Assembly (NCBI GenBank): GCA_016200645.1
Contig: JACQEJ010000084.1
Span: 1 to 42,754 of the forward strand
Length of the DNA: 42,754 bases
Direction: 5' to 3'
From: Deltaproteobacteria bacterium
GTDB taxonomy: Bacteria > Desulfobacterota > GWC2-55-46 > UBA9637
The translations under genes were made by a program, and so were the position numbers. Below are positions 1 through 7,957 of this stretch, piece after piece; position 1 is the first letter of the stretch; every line of letters begins with the position of its first letter. A model generated the notes under the pieces. That model searched no databases. It was not told where the DNA came from and worked only from the letters and a program-made list of their open reading frames with translations.

Positions 1-178
1 CCCCGAGGATTATATCCTTGCCGTTCTTTCTCCGGAGGACAGGCTTGACGCTGCATTCAAAATTGCCGGCGAGGCGTTTAAGAAGACCAAGCTGACCATG
101 AAGGATATTGACAATGCGGTGAAAGCGGTAAGGAGAAAGGCGATAAAGGAGAGGAATAGGGGACAGATTTATTTATAA
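1..178 (+). CDS. 3' end of a small protein, possibly an antitoxin-like protein (partial, runs off the window)
   Basis: Frame 2 is open from the edge: PEDYILAVLSPEDRLDAAFKIAGEAFKKTKLTMKDIDNAVKAVRRKAIKERNRGQIYL, TAA at 176-178. The antitoxin call is by resemblance only. Confidence 0.45.
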   Translation, partial: PEDYILAVLSPEDRLDAAFKIAGEAFKKTKLTMKDIDNAVKAVRRKAIKERNRGQIYL

Positions 179-243
179 GGATATGCCTTGACAATGAAAG
201 CAATCTGGATAAGAATTATAAGCGGTTTGAAAAGGAGGTTTCT

Positions 244-435
244 GTGGATAATGTGTTATTAAAAGATGGTGAAAAATATGGTGGACAGTATGTGGCAACA
301 AAATCTTTTAAAGACAAAAAAGTTGTCAGTCATGGCAGCGATCTGAACAAGGTCTTTAATGATGCAAAAGAGAAGGGAATAAAGGCGCCGGTAGTCTTTT
401 ATGTCCCCAAGAAAGGTATGGTGCAAATCTACTGA
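244..435 (+). CDS. Small DUF5678-like protein
   Basis: AGGAGG upstream of GTG; KYGGQYVA...VVSHGSDLNKVF...PVVFYVP pattern; coupled to the downstream protease (TGATG overlap). Confidence 0.65.
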   Translation: MDNVLLKDGEKYGGQYVATKSFKDKKVVSHGSDLNKVFNDAKEKGIKAPVVFYVPKKGMVQIY

Positions 436-896
436 TGCCGCTCAAGGACTGTCCATTTCTTAAACTCAGCAAAGAAGATATTCCACGGCCTCTCCTTCCC
501 ATAAACATTATCAATCCACACACCGGGCTTTCATACGCCACCTTTGGCATCATAGATACCGGCGCAGATGAATGTGCAATTCCTGCCGGCATTGCTTCTC
601 TATTGGGACATAATCTTCAATCAGGTTCCACAAAAGTGATAGGCACAGGAAATGGAGAAACTATTGCATTTGCCCACACAACAAAGTTTGAAATATACGA
701 CCCTTTGTCCTTCAAACTCGCATACACAATCCAGGATACCCCAATAGACTTCATGCCTAACCTACACATCGTTCTTCTCGGTGTAAACAGCTTTCTCAGC
801 AAGTTTGCCTTGAGCATAGATTATCCAAGTAACCTCTTTTCAATCAGTTCGCCCCAAAAAGCGGTGAAAAAGAAGGCAAGAGGAATAAAGATATAA
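435..896 (+). CDS. Retropepsin-like (clan AA) aspartyl protease
   Basis: IIDTGAD catalytic motif and C-terminal VLLGVNSFL motif; 153 aa. Confidence 0.8.
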   Translation: MPLKDCPFLKLSKEDIPRPLLPINIINPHTGLSYATFGIIDTGADECAIPAGIASLLGHNLQSGSTKVIGTGNGETIAFAHTTKFEIYDPLSFKLAYTIQDTPIDFMPNLHIVLLGVNSFLSKFALSIDYPSNLFSISSPQKAVKKKARGIKI

Positions 897-901
897 TACT
901 T

Positions 902-943
902 GCCTAACAAGTCGTTCAAGCGGCCAAAATAAGCCGATTAGAG
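902..943 (+). other. Truncated integron attC-like half site
   Basis: GCCTAAC (RYYYAAC) followed by AAGTCGTTCAAGCGG, 5 nt after the stop codon; no intact GTTRRRY right half. Confidence 0.45.
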
Positions 944-964
944 GGCTGCTGACAGGAGAACACC

Positions 965-1303
965 ATGTCTTTTTACACAACCATCAAAACAGAGATAACC
1001 AATAAAAAATATGTCCTGTCCGCGCTGGAGGAGATGAAGCGGAGGGGCGAGATAACCAACTTTCAGTTGCAGGGAAGAAAAGAAAAGATAGAGGTAGACA
1101 GGAGCGGCGATATAATAAATATAGCCAAGGAAAAGACCGTCAATTTTGAGGTCGGCGGAGACGCAAGGGTTGTCCGGTCATTTTCAGACAGGTTAAAACA
1201 ATTCTACGCTTATGAAGCCATTAAAGACAATCTGCCGCTGGATTTTGAAATCGCAAAAGAATCGGAAACAGCCGGAGAAATTGTGATACTTTTGAAGGGT
1301 TGA
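965..1303 (+). CDS. DUF1257/Ycf35-like protein
   Basis: MSFYTTIKTEI...LSALEEM N-terminus, LKQFYAYEAI and terminal GEIVILL; AGGAG SD; next to a DUF2997-like gene. Confidence 0.65.
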   Translation: MSFYTTIKTEITNKKYVLSALEEMKRRGEITNFQLQGRKEKIEVDRSGDIINIAKEKTVNFEVGGDARVVRSFSDRLKQFYAYEAIKDNLPLDFEIAKESETAGEIVILLKG

Positions 1304-1313
1304 GGAGATAGTC

Positions 1314-1496
1314 ATGGACAGAGAAATAAGGATAAAAATAACCCCTGATGGCAAGGTGGAGATAGATTCCAGCATATTCAAAGACTGCAAGGAAGCGGCT
1401 GAGCATTTATCAAAGGCGCTGGGCAAGGTGGAGAGTTTTGTTGAAAAGGATGAACTGGACAGGGAGGTAAGGATAAAGATAGATACTGAAAGATAG
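1314..1496 (+). CDS. DUF2997-like small protein
   Basis: IRIKITPDGKVEID...DCKEAAEHLSKALGKV pattern; GAGGAG SD. Confidence 0.7.
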   Translation: MDREIRIKITPDGKVEIDSSIFKDCKEAAEHLSKALGKVESFVEKDELDREVRIKIDTER

Positions 1497-1504
1497 CAAA
1501 CTAA

Positions 1505-1610
1505 ATAGCTCATAGCTCATGGCTCATAGTAGTTGCTATCAGCTATGAGCTATCAGCTATGAGCTATCAGCTATGAGCCATCAGCTATGAGCTATCAGCT
1601 ATGAGCCATG
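1505..1610. repeat. Heptamer inverted tandem array, family A (GCTATGA/GCTATCA)
   Basis: (TAGCTCA)n arm, short loop, then alternating CTATCAG/CTATGAG units; supplies the ATG at 1601. Confidence 0.95.
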
Positions 1611-2191
1611 ACCTATTAAACATACACTCCATAATACCGCTCTCAAAGGTAAACGGCCCAGGGAACAGGATGGTTGTATTCTTTCAGGGGTGCGATAAAA
1701 ATTGCCCCGGCTGTTTTAATCCTGATACGCATTCATTTGAAACAATCAGCCTTTACTCCCCTGGCGCTCTATTCAAAAAATATCCTCCAAACAAGCGCAT
1801 AGAAGGCATCACCCTAAGCGGCGGCGAGCCGTTTTTGCAGCCGGAGGGATTGTTTGAGCTTTTAAAAACAGCCAAAGAAAACTTTAACCTTTCCACTGTC
1901 GTATACACAGGATTTACTTATAAAGAAATAAGACAAAAGCCGGAATGCCTCCCGTGCCTTGAGTTCATTGATGTGCTGATTGACGGCAGATATGTGGAGT
2001 CAAAAAAAGAACCGTCTCTTCTGGCGAGGGGCTCAACAAACCAAAGATTGTATCTTTTGAGCAGCCGTTACAAAAGAGAAGATTTTTATATGCCTGGAAA
2101 GATAGAGGTAATAATCGGAAAAGACGGCGTCGTTACAAATACAGGCTTCGGCAAGATAGACATCAAACAAGCGATGCAGATTGAAACATGA
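1601..2191 (+). CDS. NrdG-like radical SAM / 4Fe-4S activase-family protein
   Basis: VNGPGNR, CDKNCPGCFN (CxxxCxxC), LSGGEPF, DVLIDGRY and RGSTNQR motifs; no nrdD in the window. Confidence 0.85.
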   Translation: MSHDLLNIHSIIPLSKVNGPGNRMVVFFQGCDKNCPGCFNPDTHSFETISLYSPGALFKKYPPNKRIEGITLSGGEPFLQPEGLFELLKTAKENFNLSTVVYTGFTYKEIRQKPECLPCLEFIDVLIDGRYVESKKEPSLLARGSTNQRLYLLSSRYKREDFYMPGKIEVIIGKDGVVTNTGFGKIDIKQAMQIET

Positions 2192-3036
2192 TAAACATTG
2201 AAACACAGATAAAAAATGCCATAGAGGCAGCGGATGGCATAACCGAACCTATAAGCAGGAAAACCAAATTGCTTCGCATTGCCGATGAACTTCCGAAGAC
2301 AGAAGAATTTACAAAGCTGCGCCTCCATGCAATGAGGCTGGCGCTTGACCTTGCCGATACGGCGCAGCATAAAAAGGCCTCGCTGGAAGAAATCGCTCAT
2401 GAGTTGCCAAAATCGTCTGACATTAGTTTTTACCGAAGCTATACACTCCTCGGCATTGCCGGCAAACTTCCCAAAACAAGCGGTGGATTCATAAACCTTT
2501 ATAAAGAAGCGATTCAACGGGCGCTGGATGCCGCAGCTGTGATAAAAGAGCCGTATTACAGGGAATACACGCTGCTCTATATTACAAAGGAACTGCCGAA
2601 AACAGAAGAATATCTTGCCTTATACAAACAGGCAATAGAAGAGGCCTTTCGCGCGGCAAAGGCTATACACGACCCTTTCGCAAAGGAACATGCCTTAATA
2701 GAGATACTGCAGGAGATTCCGAAAACACCTGAGTTTTCCGGCCTGCTTCATGAGGTAATAAAACAGGCGCTTGATTTTTATGCCGCAAAAACCAGATTGA
2801 AAAACATAGACATACTCGGCAGGATTGATTATCTGATTGCAGGCGAACAAAGAAGGCTTACCGAATCCAAAAAGACAAGATACACTAAAACAAAATACGG
2901 CCTTATCCTTGCCAAAGAGCTTGAGCAAATCGGCCTGCAATCGAATGACATCCGGCTCATAGAAACCGTCCGGCCTTTCACGCACGTCTGGATATCAGCT
3001 ATGGAAAGGAAATACCGTATGATTTTCTCTCTTTAG
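2188..3036 (+). CDS. Alpha-helical repeat protein; probably the N-terminal part of a disrupted fusion with the downstream Hsp70-like gene
   Basis: Five (E/K)(L/I)PK(T/S) motifs, mostly ~38-41 aa apart; ATGA overlap with the upstream gene; the last codons overlap the Hsp70 motif in another frame. Confidence 0.65.
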   Translation: MINIETQIKNAIEAADGITEPISRKTKLLRIADELPKTEEFTKLRLHAMRLALDLADTAQHKKASLEEIAHELPKSSDISFYRSYTLLGIAGKLPKTSGGFINLYKEAIQRALDAAAVIKEPYYREYTLLYITKELPKTEEYLALYKQAIEEAFRAAKAIHDPFAKEHALIEILQEIPKTPEFSGLLHEVIKQALDFYAAKTRLKNIDILGRIDYLIAGEQRRLTESKKTRYTKTKYGLILAKELEQIGLQSNDIRLIETVRPFTHVWISAMERKYRMIFSL

Positions 3037-4484
3037 ACCTCGGCGCAACCAATACGGTCATCATGCGGAGAAAAGGAGGGGCGCAGCCTGAATTCCTCAC
3101 GCTGGGATCTGCGTCAATACTCTATGGCGACACCTATCTGATTCCAACGGTTTGCATCCCTGAGACAAACTCTATCGGCGCAGAGGCAATTAAAAAATCT
3201 CCTCTGATGGACATAAAAAAGATGCTCCTTGAAGATCATCCCGAAGGGAAAAGGTATATGGAAACATATATCCGCATCCTGTTTAAGCGTCTCAAAGAGG
3301 CGCTCTCGCAAGGGAAGGGATTTTCATTTTTTTCAAAAAAGCTGATTGATGCAATATATGTAACTGCGCCTGTAGGTTTTCAAAATTACAGAAAGGCGCT
3401 GCAAAAAATTCTGGAAAAGACAATCAGGGGCGCAAGGATAGAATTTGTCGAAGAGCCGCTGGCAGCAGCCATCGGCTATCAAGTTGCGGAAGAGAGGGAT
3501 AAGGTTGTTTTGATAGTTGACTTCGGAGGATGCACCCTCAATACGATGCTGGCCAGACTGAATATAAACGAGGCGCATGTAATCGCAAAACCGGACACGG
3601 CCCAAACCCTTGGCGGCCATGATATAGACCTCTGGCTTGCGGAATATCTGGCAAAGAAGATCGGCATGTCAAAAGACGATAAATTGCGCGGCGTTCTTGC
3701 ATCCACAGCAGAAGAGATAAAGATTTCCTTATCAGAGCATAGGCTGACGTCATTTGCATGGAATGGAACTGAGATATGCAAGGTGTCAAGGGAAGACCTT
3801 GAGGATCTGCTGGCAAAACACGATTTTTATAAAACCATTGACAGGACAATATCGTATATCCTCAAAAAGGCGGAAAAGGTGGGCGTAAAAAAGGATATGA
3901 TAGAGGCTGTCCTGCTGACAGGCGGCTCTTCGCAGATACCGTCGTTCAAAGAAAAGATTGAGCATCTCTTTCCTGAGCTCGCAAAGGGCAATGCCGTTTA
4001 TGAGCACAGTCCTCTCTCTGCGGCGGCGCATGGGGCTGCGCTCTATCCCACAAAAAATCTCATCGTAGACAGGCACACGAGTCTGGCATGCGCGATCCGT
4101 TATGCCACAAGAGATAAGGACGCGCCCTATTCCTATAAGATTATACTGGAAAACAACGAGTCTTTGCCGCTTGAAAAAACATTCAGGATAGCCCCTGCAA
4201 GGACATTGGGCGCGCAAAATGAGATATATCTGGAATTATTTGAGGTCCCTGAAAATCTGGTTGCGAGGCGATGGGTAATGGAATCAGGCATGGAATTTAT
4301 AAGGCAGGAGATGAAACAGCCCAGGGATATGGCATTAAAGGCCTGCAAGATAATAACCTTGCCGTTTCAAGAGCCTCTGGGTGAGGATATTGATATTACA
4401 TTCTGCGTTAAAGACACGGGCCATTTAGCAGTCAGGTGCGGAAAGGAAAATAGAGAGATAGAAACCGGCATCAGGCTGCAATAA
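2994..4484 (+). CDS. Hsp70/DnaK-like ATPase lacking its own start upstream of the phosphate-1 motif
   Basis: SLDLGATNT at 3030-3056 lies in frame upstream of the ATG at 3063; EEPLAAA, VDFGGCT, LGGHDID and LTGGSSQIP motifs. Start coordinate approximate. Confidence 0.8.
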   Translation: MSYGKEIPYDFLSLDLGATNTVIMRRKGGAQPEFLTLGSASILYGDTYLIPTVCIPETNSIGAEAIKKSPLMDIKKMLLEDHPEGKRYMETYIRILFKRLKEALSQGKGFSFFSKKLIDAIYVTAPVGFQNYRKALQKILEKTIRGARIEFVEEPLAAAIGYQVAEERDKVVLIVDFGGCTLNTMLARLNINEAHVIAKPDTAQTLGGHDIDLWLAEYLAKKIGMSKDDKLRGVLASTAEEIKISLSEHRLTSFAWNGTEICKVSREDLEDLLAKHDFYKTIDRTISYILKKAEKVGVKKDMIEAVLLTGGSSQIPSFKEKIEHLFPELAKGNAVYEHSPLSAAAHGAALYPTKNLIVDRHTSLACAIRYATRDKDAPYSYKIILENNESLPLEKTFRIAPARTLGAQNEIYLELFEVPENLVARRWVMESGMEFIRQEMKQPRDMALKACKIITLPFQEPLGEDIDITFCVKDTGHLAVRCGKENREIETGIRLQ

Positions 4485-4487
4485 TGC

Positions 4488-5672
4488 ATGGCAAAAGATA
4501 GCAACATTCACAGGATAATCCTCATTACACTGGACAGCCTGGGTATCGGCGAATTGCCGGATGCCAAAGAGTATAACGACGAGGGGAGCAATACGCTCGG
4601 AAATATCATCAAAGCCCTCGGAGGCATTGCCCTGCCCAATCTTGAGGAGATGGGCCTCGGCCTTATTCAGGGAGCTGCCGGGCTTCAAAAAACTATGCAC
4701 CCCATCGCCTCTTACGGCAGGATGGCGGAGGCATCAAAAGGCAAGGATACTGCCGCTGGCCACTGGGAGATTGCGGGGATTATCATTGATAAGCCTTTTC
4801 CAATATATCCGAACGGCTTTCCGAAAGAAATCATGGACAGGTTTAGACAGGAGACAGGGCTTGACTATCTTGGGAATAAGGCTGCGTCCGGCACAGAAAT
4901 TATAAAGGAGCTGGGCGATGAGCATATAAAGACAGGCAAACCGATTGTCTACACATCCGCAGACAGTGTATTCCAGATATCAGCCCACGAGGATGTCATA
5001 CCTGTTGATAGGCTGTATGAAATATGTGAGATTGCAAGAAAGATTGCCGACAGCTATCGCATCGGAAGGGTCATAGCAAGGCCGTTTATCGGGGGAAGCA
5101 GTTCATTCAAGAGAACAGAACGGCGAAAGGATTTTTCCATGGCCCCAACCGATGAAACCGTGTTAGACCGATTAAATTCCAGCGGCCTTTCTGTTGTCGG
5201 TATCGGCAAGATAGGCGATATCTACGGACACCGCGGCCTTACCCGTGAGATACACACCAGAGATAATATGGACGGAGTTGATAAGACCATCGCCGCGATG
5301 CAGAAAATCCATACAGGCCTCATATTTACAAATCTTGTTGATTTCGACATGCTCTACGGCCACAGAAATGATGCAATGGGATATGCGAACGCCCTTCAGG
5401 AATTTGACAAACGACTTCCTGAAATCATGGGAAGGCTTACAGACAGCGATATGCTTATGATTACCGCTGACCATGGATGCGATCCGACAACCCCTTCCAC
5501 AGACCACTCCAGGGAGTATGTGCCGCTCCTTGTGTATGGCAAAAGACTGCGCGCAGCCGTTAACCTCGGCACAAGGAAGACCTTTGCCGATATCGGACAA
5601 ACCATTGCAGAGGTTTTTCACATTGACAGGATGAGGAATGGAAAGTCATTTTTAAAAGAGGTATTTTTTTGA
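4488..5672 (+). CDS. deoB: Phosphopentomutase
   Basis: [48 protein letters not shown] and TDHSREYVP motifs. Confidence 0.97.
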   Translation: MAKDSNIHRIILITLDSLGIGELPDAKEYNDEGSNTLGNIIKALGGIALPNLEEMGLGLIQGAAGLQKTMHPIASYGRMAEASKGKDTAAGHWEIAGIIIDKPFPIYPNGFPKEIMDRFRQETGLDYLGNKAASGTEIIKELGDEHIKTGKPIVYTSADSVFQISAHEDVIPVDRLYEICEIARKIADSYRIGRVIARPFIGGSSSFKRTERRKDFSMAPTDETVLDRLNSSGLSVVGIGKIGDIYGHRGLTREIHTRDNMDGVDKTIAAMQKIHTGLIFTNLVDFDMLYGHRNDAMGYANALQEFDKRLPEIMGRLTDSDMLMITADHGCDPTTPSTDHSREYVPLLVYGKRLRAAVNLGTRKTFADIGQTIAEVFHIDRMRNGKSFLKEVFF

Positions 5673-5722
5673 AACCGTGACAGGAAAGGTCAAATGCGGC
5701 TTGAGCTTCGCCAAAACATTCC

Positions 5723-5751
5723 TTGATTTCAAAAAAATATCTTGTTACATT
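5723..5751 (+). promoter_or_regulatory. Putative sigma70 promoter for glyS-dnaG
   Basis: TTGATT-17bp-TACATT with an extended -10 TG. Confidence 0.4.
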
Positions 5752-5782
5752 TTAACAACAAAATAAATTTCGGGAGTTTTTT

Positions 5783-7957
5783 GTGGCAAAAGATCTGTTA
5801 TTGGAAATAGGGACAGAAGAGATACCGGCCAGGTTTATACCAAATGCCCTGGAATCAATAAAACTATCCCTTGAAAAGAACATGATGGCTAGAAACCTTC
5901 ATCATAAATCTATTCAAACCGTTGGGACGCCGAGAAGGCTTGTCCTCTACGCGCAAGACATGGATGAGAAACAGGCTGATACTGTTGTTGAGACAATGGG
6001 ACCCGCAAGGCGCGCCGCATTTGATGAGCATGAAAAGCCCACTAAGGCAGCAGAAGGATTTGCAAAGAGCCAGGGCATAAAAGTAAAAGATTTGCAGATT
6101 GTTAAGACTGAAAAAGGCGAATATATCTGCGCAAGAAAAGAGGTTAAAGGAAAAAGGACAAAGGATATTCTGCAAGAGGTCCTGCCTAAAATCATAACCG
6201 AAATTCAGTTTCAAAAGGCAATGCGGTGGGGCAATGGCGACATACGGTTTGCAAGGCCAATCCACTGGATAGCGGCAATATTCGGCAAGGACACAATCCC
6301 TTTCAAAGTCGGACATATAAAGGCAGGGGCGGTTTCTTACGGCCACAGGTTTATGAAGCCGCAGCCATTCAAAGTGACGGGGTTGAAGGATTATCTCAAA
6401 AAAACAAAGGCTGCTTATGTGATTGCCGATATGGAAGAACGGAAACAGGCGATACAAAAAGGGATTAAAAAAGAGGCAAAGACAATCAACGGGGTAGTTT
6501 TGCAGGACGATGAACTCCTTGCAGAGGTTACAAATCTTGTGGAATATCCGGTGGCGCTTCGCGGCGGTTTTGACAGGGAATTTTTAGCGCTTCCCAGGGA
6601 TGTGATCATCAATGCCATGCGGGAGCATCAGAGATATTTTTCTGTAGTTGATAAAGAAGGGAATCTCCTTCCTTATTTCATATTCGTTGCCAACACAAAG
6701 ACAAAAGACCCGAAGGTTGTTATCAAGGGGAATGAGCGGGTGCTGAAGGCGCGGCTCTCCGATGCAAAATTTTATTTTGACAAAGACATAAAGATTCCGC
6801 TCAAGGACAGAGTGGAGCAATTGAAGGGCGTTGTGTTTCAGGCAAGGCTCGGCACATCGTATGAAAAGGTGGAAAGATTTACAAGGCTTGCTGTTTATAT
6901 AGGAAATGAGGCGCGTTTTTGTAATTCCATGGGTGCATTGGAAAAACCTGAGGATTTTCTTACAGAAAATTACAATCCTAAAAATTATGACCCTCAAAAA
7001 ACCGACCCGGGATTCATCGCCAAATATATAATCGGCCGCACTGCCATGCTCTGCAAGGCTGACCTGGTATCAGGCATGGTCGGAGAATTTCCAAAGCTTC
7101 AGGGCGTCATGGGCATGGAATATGCGCTCGTCTCCGGCGAATGCCCTGATGTGGCCAGGGCAATCTATGAACATTATATGCCGACGCAGGCAGGCGGAAA
7201 GACGCCGGCAGGCATTCCGGGGGCAATCATCAGCATAGCTGATAAGATGGATACGATATGCGGATGTTTCGGCGTAGGCCTTATTCCAACGGGAGAGAAA
7301 GATCCGTATGCCCTGCGAAGGCAGGCGCTCGGCATCATCGCCATAATCATTGAAAAGGGATTTCCCGTAAGCATTGACAAGATTGTTGACATATCAATAT
7401 ATCTCCTCAACTCCAAACTCACGAGAACTCTCGCTGATGTAAAAAAGGATGTGATGGAATTTTTCAAAGAGCGGCTCAGGAATCAACTGATGTCGCAAGG
7501 CTCATCCTTTGACACGGTGGACGCGGTGCTGTCAAGTTCATGGCATGACATAAATGATGCGATAAAAAGGGTGAAGACGCTGGAGAAGTTCAAGAAAAAC
7601 CCTGCATGCGGCGCATTGGTCGTTGCGTTCAAACGTGTGTCCAACATATTAAAAGGGATTGAGCTCAACGATGAAAAACCGGATGCCGCACTTTTTGAGG
7701 ATGTGAACGAGAGGGCGCTCTTCGAGGTTGAAGAGAGGATTGCGCCGGAGATAGCCGCATATTGGAAAGACGGTAATTATGAAAAGGTCTTTGAAACATT
7801 GTCGTCGCTCAAAGGCATTATAGACACCTTCTTTGACAAGGTCATGGTCATGGTGGATGACGAGAAAATCCGGCGCAATCGTTTGGTATTGCTCAATACT
7901 GTCAGGAACCTTTATTACCAGATTGCGGACATATCAAAACTGGCAGCGCAGATATGA
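5783..7957 (+). CDS. glyS: Glycine--tRNA ligase beta subunit
   Basis: LLLEIGTEEIP, TPRRL, F.RPIHWI, GNERVLKARLSDA, DPYALRR and RRNRL motifs; GTG start. Confidence 0.97.
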   Translation: MAKDLLLEIGTEEIPARFIPNALESIKLSLEKNMMARNLHHKSIQTVGTPRRLVLYAQDMDEKQADTVVETMGPARRAAFDEHEKPTKAAEGFAKSQGIKVKDLQIVKTEKGEYICARKEVKGKRTKDILQEVLPKIITEIQFQKAMRWGNGDIRFARPIHWIAAIFGKDTIPFKVGHIKAGAVSYGHRFMKPQPFKVTGLKDYLKKTKAAYVIADMEERKQAIQKGIKKEAKTINGVVLQDDELLAEVTNLVEYPVALRGGFDREFLALPRDVIINAMREHQRYFSVVDKEGNLLPYFIFVANTKTKDPKVVIKGNERVLKARLSDAKFYFDKDIKIPLKDRVEQLKGVVFQARLGTSYEKVERFTRLAVYIGNEARFCNSMGALEKPEDFLTENYNPKNYDPQKTDPGFIAKYIIGRTAMLCKADLVSGMVGEFPKLQGVMGMEYALVSGECPDVARAIYEHYMPTQAGGKTPAGIPGAIISIADKMDTICGCFGVGLIPTGEKDPYALRRQALGIIAIIIEKGFPVSIDKIVDISIYLLNSKLTRTLADVKKDVMEFFKERLRNQLMSQGSSFDTVDAVLSSSWHDINDAIKRVKTLEKFKKNPACGALVVAFKRVSNILKGIELNDEKPDAALFEDVNERALFEVEERIAPEIAAYWKDGNYEKVFETLSSLKGIIDTFFDKVMVMVDDEKIRRNRLVLLNTVRNLYYQIADISKLAAQI

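Noticed and set aside
1505-1610. CRISPR array (here or at the other repeat tracts)
   Set aside because: Contiguous 7-bp units without unique spacers, and no cas genes in the window.
1601-2191. Calling the radical SAM gene nrdG
   Set aside because: Motifs fit the family, but there is no nrdD nearby and the context is DUF1257/DUF2997; symbol withheld.
3063-4484. Calling the Hsp70-like gene dnaK
   Set aside because: Highly divergent, no lid domain, no grpE or dnaJ nearby.
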